From assembly GCA_018985225.1 (NCBI GenBank), contig JADGIF010000364.1:1-10082 (forward strand): a stretch of DNA of 10,082 nucleotides. The letters are read 5' to 3'. Below are positions 1 through 8,035 of this stretch, in pieces (within the stretch, counting starts at the first letter, position 1; each line of letters opens with the position of its first letter). A program made the position numbers and the translations under genes. This DNA comes from Amoeboradix gromovi X-113. Taxonomy: Eukaryota > Fungi > Sanchytriomycota. The notes below the pieces were generated by a model. That model was given only the letters and a program-made list of their open reading frames with translations, was not told where the DNA came from and did no database searches.

Positions 1-2
1 TA

Positions 3-140
3 CACTTCAAAGAAATAGATAAGAGTAATGATGTTAGTATAACATTACAAAATGACACTAGAAAAGAGTACCGTCTAATAGAAGATCTTTTATTAATGAT
101 AGCACTTCCTCCGTATGGAGCACCTTTAAAGACGAGTTAG
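3..140 (+). CDS. Possible 3' end of a gene entering from the left edge, product unknown
   Basis: Frame is open from the window edge to TAG at 138-140 (HFKEIDKSNDVSITLQNDTRKEYRLIEDLLLMIALPPYGAPLKTS*). No recognisable motif. Confidence 0.35.
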   Translation, partial: HFKEIDKSNDVSITLQNDTRKEYRLIEDLLLMIALPPYGAPLKTS

Positions 141-203
141 TCTAGTTTTTATATTTGGTGTCCCAAGTCTTACACAGGAATAAAATTTTCAAGTTTCAAG
201 TTT

Positions 204-461
204 ATGAGTGTCTCGGATCTTTTGCATTCAATCTTGGATAAAGTGGTGCCACAAGAGGACATCTTTAACCAGGTACTGGAAGCGTTTTCAAAGGAGCAAT
301 TGCCATACAAGCTAATTGTTCATATTGTAAAAAACAGCAATGGTAACATGCATGCAATGGCAATGACATGCTGGGATGCAGCAAATGATGTCATGGTTAC
401 AAAAGAGATCAAGAGTGAAGCTAAGCAATATGTAATTACGTGTTATGCATTACATATTTGA
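204..461 (+). CDS. Tctex-1 (DYNLT) family dynein light chain, short and divergent
   Basis: PYKLIVHIV...GNMHAMAMTCWDAANDVMVT...YVITCYALHI follows the Tctex-1 pattern (YKxIV, G-x-H, CxWD-x-x-x-D, terminal beta strand). AATAAA at 479-484. Confidence 0.75.
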   Translation: MSVSDLLHSILDKVVPQEDIFNQVLEAFSKEQLPYKLIVHIVKNSNGNMHAMAMTCWDAANDVMVTKEIKSEAKQYVITCYALHI

Positions 462-510
462 AAAATCAAGTAAATGAAAATAAAGAAATGAGCGCAATAA
501 TTTTTAAGAT

Positions 511-561
511 CGTTTCACAGCCCTTGTTGAAGCCAGGAACTCCCGCATATGGCTGTGAACG
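511..561. repeat. Inverted repeat / stem-loop between two convergent genes
   Basis: TTCACAGCC (514-522) is the exact reverse complement of GGCTGTGAA (551-559), extendable by CG/CG across a one-base bulge. The loop is 28 nt. Confidence 0.6.
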
Positions 562-573
562 CTTTATTACCTG

Positions 574-1245
574 TTAGTCAACATTTTCTCGTTTTCTCAA
601 ACGAGCCTGTGTCTTCAATCCAAGTTGATGTCCTCCAACAACTCTCTTTTCTTCTGCATTTCTCTTTGCAACAGTAGTTAGATTCTGTAGCGCATTTTGA
701 TCTTCAGGCTTGATCTCAGTCAATGCCAAGGTGGTAACAGTCTTTTGGTGAACCAGTTGTCCTAGTCTTGCTTTTCCTTTAACAATCATGTAAGGGACTC
801 CCATCTTTCTGCACAATGCAGGTAACCACACAACTAACTCAATAGGATCGACATCGTGGGCAATTAGCACCAACTTTGCCTTCTTTTGTTCAACCAATGT
901 GGTTATGTGCTTGATGCCAAATTTGATGACCATAGGCTTAGGACCTTTGTCAGCACCTTTAGCAATGCTAATCAGACGTTCTTTTTTCATTTGAGGTGTC
1001 TCAGGAGAATACTTTTTGAACAAAGTGATAGCCAACTTTGCGGTGTTATGGTCTACTGCGTTGTTGAATTGATTCAATGATGCTGGCACCTTTAATCTTT
1101 TTTTTAGAATAGCCTTTTGTCTTTGTCTCTTGATGTACAATGGCCAATTAACGAATCTAGTCAAATCGCGTTTTGGTTGAATAGATTGACCTACACCAAA
1201 ACTTTTTGGAGTTGCAGCTACTCTAGGATCTAATGATTTTACCAT
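574..1245 (-). CDS. RPL7A: 60S ribosomal protein eL8 (L7a; yeast L8)
   Basis: FGVGQSIQPKRDLTRFVNWP, RLKVP, and the L7Ae-domain motif KAKLVLIAHDVDPIELVVWLPALCRKMGVPYMIVKGKARLG. Confidence 0.98.
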   Translation of the reverse strand: MVKSLDPRVAATPKSFGVGQSIQPKRDLTRFVNWPLYIKRQRQKAILKKRLKVPASLNQFNNAVDHNTAKLAITLFKKYSPETPQMKKERLISIAKGADKGPKPMVIKFGIKHITTLVEQKKAKLVLIAHDVDPIELVVWLPALCRKMGVPYMIVKGKARLGQLVHQKTVTTLALTEIKPEDQNALQNLTTVAKRNAEEKRVVGGHQLGLKTQARLRKRENVD

Positions 1246-1376
1246 TGCTGATGTGATTCATTTACGAAGATTAAAATACACTTGCACGTGAAATGCAACC
1301 CCTGAATTGTGATACTAAATTCCTAATGTAATAACAATTGCTGTGTTAGGATTCAAAACCTCCACGGCAATAGTTT
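1246..1376. promoter_or_regulatory. Probable bidirectional promoter of RPL7A and IMP4
   Basis: 131-bp spacer between divergent start codons, with a palindromic CACGTG (E-box) at 1285-1290. Confidence 0.55.
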
Positions 1377-2282
1377 ATGAAAAGGGAATTACGACAACGA
1401 CGAGAATATCTGTTTAAGTTGGCGCAAAAGAAAGATAAAAAGGTTCTGCTGGAAGAGGCGCTAGTGAAAAAAGTGAAAGGTAACAAACAGACTAGCACTT
1501 TAGATCTGATGTATGATGTTGATTTAGAAGCGCAGGACGACGAGTATGCGTATTTGGAAGCTAACAAAGTACTATTAACGACCAGTAGATCTCCGTCATC
1601 AACACTGCTGCAATTTGTAAAAGAGTTGAGCATTATTTTTCCAAAAGCGCACAGAATTAACAGAGGTAATGCTACTATTGAAGAACTCATGCAAGTTGCA
1701 AAACAAAAACAAGTGACAGACGTTGTAATTATTCATGAGACTCGAGGTGTACCAGACACAATTACTATTTCGCATTTGCCTAACGGCCCTACTCTTCGTT
1801 GCTCTTTGCACAATGTTGTAAGTCGCCATCAAGTTCAACAAGAAGCCCGTAGAAGTAACACCGCTGACTCTGTGGAGATGGAATGGGTAATGAAAAATGT
1901 GCCACAGTCTGATCCTTTTATTATTTCTAATAACTTCACCTCTAAAATCGGTGAGCGTGTATCTACCATTTTAAAAGCTATTTTCCCGGAAACACCCTCA
2001 GATACTAAGTTTGGAGCAAAGGATAGAAGAATTATCACAATTTCTAACGAGCAAGATTTGCTACTATTCAGACATCACGTTGTTAAGAAACGACAATTTT
2101 GGAAGGAAGAGGACGAGAATAAGGAAGACAAAGACGAATTCATGATTATTGAACTTGGACCTCGATTCGATTTAAAACCTTTTGAGATTAGACGTGGAAC
2201 GATTGATCAATGGAGAGTAAGTGATGTAGAATGGGTATTCAGGCCATACCAAAGAACAGCATTTAAACGCAGCATATTTTAA
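1377..2282 (+). CDS. IMP4: U3 snoRNP protein Imp4 (Brix domain)
   Basis: N-terminal R-x-RREYL, TTSRSPSSTLLQFVKEL, RINRG, HETRGVPD, SHLPNGPT, FRHH, ELGPRF and C-terminal VEWVFRPY. Confidence 0.96.
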   Translation: MKRELRQRREYLFKLAQKKDKKVLLEEALVKKVKGNKQTSTLDLMYDVDLEAQDDEYAYLEANKVLLTTSRSPSSTLLQFVKELSIIFPKAHRINRGNATIEELMQVAKQKQVTDVVIIHETRGVPDTITISHLPNGPTLRCSLHNVVSRHQVQQEARRSNTADSVEMEWVMKNVPQSDPFIISNNFTSKIGERVSTILKAIFPETPSDTKFGAKDRRIITISNEQDLLLFRHHVVKKRQFWKEEDENKEDKDEFMIIELGPRFDLKPFEIRRGTIDQWRVSDVEWVFRPYQRTAFKRSIF

Positions 2283-2323
2283 AAGAATAAATTTATAAAG
2301 TCTAGAATTTATTTTGCAAGGTT

Positions 2324-3871
2324 TTAGCTAATGCAGTCCATATATCGGAGAAATCCCTCGAGTGTTGCCCAGTACCTTGCACCCATATAGCCAAAGTTTT
2401 TTCTTTTCTCTTTCACTGCTTCCAGATCCTCAAACTTATGAGGAATTTTTGTTAAATGCTTGACAGGCTTATGGTCGTACTTCGAGAAAACTGTAGCGTC
2501 TTCAGGCTGCACCATATAATCCTCGCAAGTTCTGCGGGATACAGATCTTTTAGTGATTGCCTGAAGTGCAGTATCATTACTAAACTTTGCAACGGTATCA
2601 TTAGAAAATGGTTGAATAACGCTAGTCTGCTGGACCTGATTGTTGACTTGCATTTCTTGCTGAGGAACTTGGTTGTTTGAGTCTATTTGTGCTTGAAGGA
2701 TTGGCGCAGATTGTTGCGATGTAACAAACTTTTGTGCATTTTGCTGTGGCACTTTATCAGTCTGGCTTGTTCCTTGCTGCGGTACCCCAAAAGGAACGTT
2801 CATGTTGGAGAGTTTGTTTTGAACGGTAACGCTAATAGGCTGTACTAAAATCGAAGAAGCGGGAGAAATTATTTTAGTGTTCACTGGAAATGGAGGCACA
2901 GGGACAGTATTTAGAGCTGGAAGCCAAGGTCTAGAGTAGACATAGCATAGATTTGTTGTGCTCATTGCATCTAAAACTCTATATTCCATAAAGGGCTGAA
3001 CTCTATCGAGAATGTTAACTTCTCGTCCAAACCCTCCATTCCAACTTCTACCGTCATATCTTTTACCATCATATCTATAAAGATTACCTGGATCAGCCTT
3101 TTGATTTTCAAACCAAATCTTGTCAACAGTTGGGTGAATCAAATAAAAAAGAGGATCGTTTGGTGAAAAATCAAGTTGGCCCATATCACCTACAGCATTT
3201 TCCTGAGCTCCTCCAATGATAATATGTGGCATTGTGTGAACGGACCATTCCAACGTATATCTAAATTCATTGTATTTCTTAGATCTCATACCCCAAGTCT
3301 TGACATAGTTCATCATTTTTGGCATTGTAAATTCTCTTAGAATTCGCACCATTTTACCATTCTCATACTTACGGCGCAGACATCGTCGACCCTGGGTAGA
3401 ATAATTTACAATGAAATTTGAGAAAGGACCATCTTTGACGCAATAATTGCTTTTTGCAGTGCCAAATCCTCCGAAATCCTTCCAAATTGGGGAAGCGAGT
3501 ATGTTATTGCTATCCCTGATAAAATTCCAATAAGGCAAATTAATTCGGGCGTCTTTGAATCTAGTTTGTGACGGGTTTGCAGCCAGATAGTTTTGATAAA
3601 CCGTGTTCAACGAATCTTCGTATTTTTTAAGAAATACCCTGTGGAAGGGCAGAAACTGGGGACTCTTGTGGAAATTTTTAGTATGCGTATAATGAATATA
3701 TGTGAATTCATCATGGACAGACACTTTCGAATTTCGTTTAGATGGTGTAATCTTTAACAGCTGTACTGCTTTAATGTATGTATCTTTCTCCCATGAGTTC
3801 AAGTCTCTCCACTCCTTTCTGACTTCAATTCTTGAGCAATAGCTAAAAATCAGACTCAGAATTAAAATCAT
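2324..3871 (-). CDS. Secreted tyrosinase (type-3 di-copper protein) with Gln/Pro-rich C-terminal extension
   Basis: ATG at 3871 gives a signal-like MILILSLIFSYCS. Motifs: VRKEWRDL, CuA region H...FHKSPQFLPFHR, LPYWN, CuB region HTMPH...GDM...SPNDPLFYLIHPTVDKIW, and LCYVY. The track start at 3886 is TTG. Confidence 0.93.
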   Translation of the reverse strand: MILILSLIFSYCSRIEVRKEWRDLNSWEKDTYIKAVQLLKITPSKRNSKVSVHDEFTYIHYTHTKNFHKSPQFLPFHRVFLKKYEDSLNTVYQNYLAANPSQTRFKDARINLPYWNFIRDSNNILASPIWKDFGGFGTAKSNYCVKDGPFSNFIVNYSTQGRRCLRRKYENGKMVRILREFTMPKMMNYVKTWGMRSKKYNEFRYTLEWSVHTMPHIIIGGAQENAVGDMGQLDFSPNDPLFYLIHPTVDKIWFENQKADPGNLYRYDGKRYDGRSWNGGFGREVNILDRVQPFMEYRVLDAMSTTNLCYVYSRPWLPALNTVPVPPFPVNTKIISPASSILVQPISVTVQNKLSNMNVPFGVPQQGTSQTDKVPQQNAQKFVTSQQSAPILQAQIDSNNQVPQQEMQVNNQVQQTSVIQPFSNDTVAKFSNDTALQAITKRSVSRRTCEDYMVQPEDATVFSKYDHKPVKHLTKIPHKFEDLEAVKEKRKNFGYMGARYWATLEGFLRYMDCIS

Positions 3872-4136
3872 TTTATTGTAACTCAAAGGGGTGAAACAGT
3901 TTTGTTACTATTGCAGACATATTAAGGGAGTTTGATTGGCTCACATGTCTAGCTGTTCCGAAATTCTTCTTGGATTTCCTAGCTCTGAGACTTTTTTTAG
4001 GCTCAAAATCAATCTAATACATAAAAGATAGTGCGAGCTTTTGAAAAAGCTTTGCGAAAATAACGATGCCAATTACAAGATAATATATTCTATACAGTCT
4101 GATAGAAGTTGCTCGTTTTGGCTCATTGCTGGGAAA

Positions 4137-4295
4137 CTGGTTGTCATGCGCAATGGTTTACGTACGCAGGACATTTACTATGTTAACTGCATTAAAATGC
4201 CGATCAAATACTTCGGTATAATGTTCGCACTTCATAAATTGTTGCTCATCTTTCAATTTGACGCTACTTTATACCGAGGTATATGACTACTTGAT
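4137..4295 (-). mobile_element. Degraded TnpB/Fanzor C-terminal remnant (copy B) with putative right end
   Basis: One minus-strand frame (4295-4158) reads IK*SYTSV*SSVKLKDEQQFMKCEHYTEVFDRHFNAVNIVNVLRT*, matching E-x-YTS...C-x-x-C-x4-DRD-x-NA-(A)-x-NI. Single-base changes restore E (TAG), C (TAT) and D (CAT). It shares the terminal stem motif with copy A. Confidence 0.7.
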
Positions 4296-4613
4296 CTGTT
4301 GCTAGTAAATGACTTTATCTCTTATTTGCTCCTCATCTTCCCTTCTTATTATCTGATCACTTTTCTGTTTCTTATTTATTCATGATAATTTAAAAGACAA
4401 TTAGTGTAAAACGGATGAGAGCTATGGCTATGCAACTATGATGATAGTTTTGCAATTGTCACTGTCAAAGTTATTAAAATTAAATTTCAGAATTTTAATT
4501 AGCTTTATCAAGTACCAAATGAAATGCCTCGGGTCATATTTGGGACCATTTTCGCATAGTTTGTCTCAAGAAAACGTCACTCCTCTACCCCACCCTGAAA
4601 CGCATTCATTTTT

Positions 4614-5725
4614 ATGGCCAGTTTACAGTCCAATTTTCCAATTAGCTGTTACCCAGTCAGTGCACCTGCTGAGTTCCAGTTTGATTTCACTGAAGAAAAC
4701 GCTCATTCGGATAATGTTCATGCAATGTTATTTGATTATAATGATTTAAATCGTATCGGTCTAGATGGTTATTTGATCTGTTCAATTGACGCCTTAAATC
4801 AAGATTTATGTTCTAAAGATCAATTGGGTTCTTTTATAGCTGGTAATACGAACAGTATTCCACTAAAAGGTGGCAAACAAACAATTCCTGTTAACAAATC
4901 AGGATATTGGTGCATGGTTCACGATGCTACCCAATCTCCCAAAATCAATATAGTTAACCAGCAGCTTCAGTTGCCTGCGCCTTACTTACCATTGCTCAAT
5001 TTTTATTACTATATGACAGTTATTTATCTTGGGTTAGGTATATACTACATGGTTAACAGCATTAAGCACCTTGGCACAACAACTAAATTAAACTACTATA
5101 TTTTAGGAATGATTTGGATGTCTATGTTAGAAATGGCACTTGGATATGGATATTACATGTACTGGGGTACTTACGGCGCTACTTCCCCATTGCTTTTGTT
5201 CTTGTTCGCGGTACTTACGAGTGGCCGTAATTCAATTTTATTGCTAACATTTCACAGTACCTGCAAGCAAGTCCTGAAGAGATATAAACTATATTTGAGT
5301 TTGTACGGTTTGAGCTCATTTGTGTATTTTCTTCATGTCTTAAATCCACAACAAGAGCATGTTTTGTTTTTTGTAGCATTGCCGTTAGCTTTATTGAGTA
5401 CAGTCTTTGTAAACCATATTCTGGCACATGCACAGCCTCAATTAATGCAATTGTTCTCGATTACAGGTATTCTGCTATTAACATAGGAGTGGGATTCGTA
5501 GTACTAGCGTTATTACATCTGCTATTTATTTACCACAAACAAGATAGACAATTTTATGTAGCTACATGGCCATATCGATGGTTAGTATTGGACGCGTTAC
5601 CACAAGTGTTAGTGTTTGGATTAGTCGTGGGACTAGTTGTATTGTTTAAGGCAGATGGAAGTAAAAAGAAGGGATATGAATTAGTAGAAGAACTAAAGAA
5701 CAGTGAAGAAGGAAAGAATGATTAA
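4614..5725 (+). CDS. PTM1 / GPR107 / TMEM87-like (lung seven-transmembrane family) protein; exons 4614-5466 and 5487-5725; true 5' end uncertain
   Basis: Lumenal domain LFDYNDL..IG...IC...LC...LGSFI, KSGYWC and QLPAPYLPLLNFY, then several hydrophobic segments and WPYRWLVLD. Removing a 20-nt intron joins the two track ORFs in frame (IT-G-VGF). Confidence 0.8.
5467..5486 (+). other. 20-nt spliceosomal intron
   Basis: CAG|GTATTCTGCTATTAACATAG|GA with branch-like TTAAC. Its removal eliminates the TAG stop and the frame change. Confidence 0.85.
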
Positions 5726-6205
5726 TCCAGATTAATAAATAGTTTATACTCAGAGCTCAATTGCCATTTATTCTATGACAAATAACTTTACAGATTAGAC
5801 AAAGTCCAAGAATGTGCTCCATAAAAGAAGACTAAGCGCGGATCACAAATTGAAAATCGGAATTGACTGGTTAGTTAGCCAAGAACTCGCCCCGAATTAC
5901 AATGTAAAGACCCTGCTAGCCCATCGCAATAGAGCTAGAATCATTACCAACAACAGCAAATCTATGATCTGATCTATAGGACTTACACTCGGAAAGGTGT
6001 TAGCTACAATATGGAATACGTGATAAAGATTATGATAGATAGTGATTTACTATGGTGATCGCAGTCATTAAGGATGAGGGCTCGTAATAGCAAGTTGTCG
6101 CCTGGAGATTACTTTATAACTATTATGTAATTAATTTTCTAGGTTCATCTTTTGAGAGATTGTGGAGCCTGGTCCCATGTGAATACCAGAAACACACGGA
6201 TACCA

Positions 6206-7593
6206 ATGACTCGAATAGTATGTGTCTTGGTGGGATTACCAGCTAGAGGAAAGACTTACATTGGACAGAAGATATGCAAGTATTTGAACTGGTTGGGATT
6301 AACATGCAAAGTTTTTAACGTAGGAACATACAGGAGGAAAGTAGCCGGGGCACATTTACAACACGAGTTCTTTGATTCGTCTAATGTGGATGCGGTGAAG
6401 ATGAGACAGCTAGCAGCACTGGATGCTTTGAATGATCTGTTAAAATGGATAAATGAGCAAGAAGTCGGAGTTGCTATTTATGATGCAACCAATACAACAA
6501 GAGAACGGCGGGAGTGGATAATTGAGAAGATTGGTAAGAGCTGCCAGGTGCTTTTTGTAGAAAGCGTATGTACAGATGAGGCAATAATAAAACAGAACAT
6601 ATTTGAAGTGAAAGTAAGTGGACCTGATTATTTGAACTCCATGACTTCAGAGGAAGCTGCAATTGATTTTCAAAAAAGAATGAAGCATTACGAACTAGTT
6701 TATCAGCCGTTGAATAGGGAGGAAGACGGGCACTGCTCATTTATTAAACTAATTAATGTGGCCGATAAGATAATCGTGAACTTAGTTACTGGTTGGGTTC
6801 CTAGTAGAATTGGATATTATCTGATGAATTTACACATAACTCCTCGCAGAATATTCTTATCTAGGCATGGTGAATCTGAGTATAATGTTTGGGGTAAAAT
6901 TGGTGGGGATTCATTACTTAGCGAGAGAGGTAATAAATATAGCGAATTACTTCCTGGCTTGCTGGATCAATTCTTAAATGGAGAGACTATAAAGGTGTTT
7001 AAAATCTAATTTAGGTTTTTACCAGCACTCTAAAAAGAACAATTTTGACTGGACAGCATTTGAAGTTCGAAAAAAAGCAGTTAAAAGCGTTGGATGAGAT
7101 TGATGCTGGTATTTGTGACGGATTGACATACGAAGAGATAAATGTGAAGTACCCAGAGGAATTCGATTATAGAAACGCTGATAAATTCAGATACCGGTAC
7201 CAAGGCGGTGAAAGCTATTTAGATTTAGTACACCGATTGGAACCTGTAATAATGGATTTGGAGAGGCAAGAGAACATATTAATTATTGGTCATCAAGCTA
7301 CTTTAAGGACTATTTATGGCTATTTCCATAGCTTTAAACAAAAAGATATCCCTTATATTGACATTCCTCTGCATACACTGATATCATTAACTCCTAAAGC
7401 ATACGGATGTGCGGAGGAAAGAATCAGTGCCGATATTCAGGCAGTTAACACTTACAGAGCTCGTCAACCTTCATTTGAGGATACTGTTGAAAGAAGACCT
7501 TCTAGAACTGGTAGAGTTGCTATAAACGAACTTACTGAACACTCCAGGGTCTCTTCAAGAACTCACTCAAGAATGCAGTCAAAAGAGAAATAA
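6206..7593 (+). CDS. Bifunctional 6-phosphofructo-2-kinase/fructose-2,6-bisphosphatase; exons 6206-6994 and 7015-7593; may extend further 5'
   Basis: Walker A VGLPARGKT, FNVGTYRR, DATNTTRERR; phosphatase motifs RHGES, LDEIDAG, YRYQGGESY, GHQA. Splicing restores KVFTSTLKRTI. First in-frame ATG is 6206 (track start is TTG). PKA-type RRPS motif near the C-terminus. Confidence 0.95.
6995..7014 (+). other. 20-nt spliceosomal intron
   Basis: AAG|GTGTTTAAAATCTAATTTAG|GTT with branch-like CTAAT. Its removal restores the conserved V-x-TSTLKRT motif in frame with the 7045 ORF. Confidence 0.92.
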
Positions 7594-7642
7594 ATATCGC
7601 ATATTTTCAAAAATCGCAATGTAACACCTTGAGAAATAATTA

Positions 7643-7700
7643 CTGTAGTCGAGTCTTGCGCAGCAATCTGCAGCCGCTGGTTCGCAGGACATATTGGCTC
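7643..7700 (-). ncRNA. Candidate 3' part of an omegaRNA scaffold / element right end (copy A)
   Basis: Directly after the nuclease stop. GTCCTGCG (7690-7683) pairs with CGCAAGAC (7660-7653) with one mismatch, and the motif recurs in copy B. Confidence 0.45.
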
Positions 7701-7888
7701 AATTCATCCATGCTGCCATGTGGTCTCTATCTCCAAATTACAATTGGTACAAGTGTAAGTTTCTAATTTGGTTTTCTTTAGAGTACCACACCTTGTCCAT
7801 GTCTGACTAGTAAATGCTTCATTACATTCAACCATCGTCTTTCCTCTTTGGTTACAGTCGAACTTAAGCGTTCCTTGAATAAATTGTG
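7699..7888 (-). pseudogene. tnpB: TnpB/Fanzor C-terminal fragment (zinc ribbon and RuvC-III) with two frameshifts
   Basis: Three frames join as HNLFKERL / KFDCNQRGKTMVECNEAFTSQTWTRCG...YTCTNCNLE / DRDHMAAWMN*. Shifts lie near 7865 and 7731. The first zinc Cys is now TGG (7799-7797). Confidence 0.88.
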
Positions 7889-7891
7889 CAG

Positions 7892-8035
7892 ATATCTCTT
7901 TCCTGGCGTCGAAAGACATCTAATTCTTCCATGCTTGGACCAGTTCCTCAGTGTTGATGAATCTATACTACAAATATTAGTTACTTCTTTAGATTTGACA
8001 TATTCGGGATTACATCGATTAATTCCATTAACCAT
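7892..8035 (-). pseudogene. tnpA: IS607-family serine recombinase TnpA, N-terminal MerR-like HTH only
   Basis: From ATG 8035: ...YVKSKEVTNICSIDSSTLRNWSKHGRIRCLSTPGKRY, matching the TLR-x-W-x3-G-x-I-x4-TPG-x-R-Y pattern. The catalytic Y-x-RVS domain is absent. Confidence 0.85.

Larger units (their letters stand above)
7643..8035 (-). mobile_element. Internally deleted, non-autonomous IS607/Fanzor2-like element (copy A); left end not defined
   Basis: An IS607 TnpA-like HTH is joined to a TnpB/Fanzor C-terminus and followed by a GC-richer structured tail, in the tnpA-tnpB-right end order of IS607 elements. Confidence 0.85.

Noticed and set aside
1223-1242. 20-nt GT...AG right after the RPL7A ATG (minus strand) as a third intron
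   Set aside because: Splicing it would put the protein out of frame, while the unspliced frame is intact.
4036-4051. Inverted repeat AGCTTTT-GA-AAAAGCT
   Set aside because: Short, AT-rich and with a 2-nt loop, so compatible with chance.
5484-5486. TAG inside the PTM1-like gene as a sign of stop-codon reassignment or pseudogenisation
   Set aside because: The downstream part is in a different frame, a 20-nt intron explains both the stop and the shift, and TAA/TAG end other genes normally.
5799-5972. 57-codon open frame containing IGID, like a RuvC-I motif
   Set aside because: No early ATG, the residues after IGID do not fit D-x-G, and there is no other TnpB signal nearby.
6074-6205. Upstream exon for the PFK-2/FBPase-2 gene using the acceptor-like TTTTCTAG ending at 6142
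   Set aside because: The nearest donor (6127) gives a 16-nt intron with no ATG-initiated in-frame join. Left unresolved without cDNA.
886-6740. Short overlapping ORFs (886, 1346, 1599, 1835, 2456, 4041, 4438, 5215, 6474)
   Set aside because: They are antisense or alternate-frame shadows of supported genes or of the copy B relic, with no recognisable motifs.
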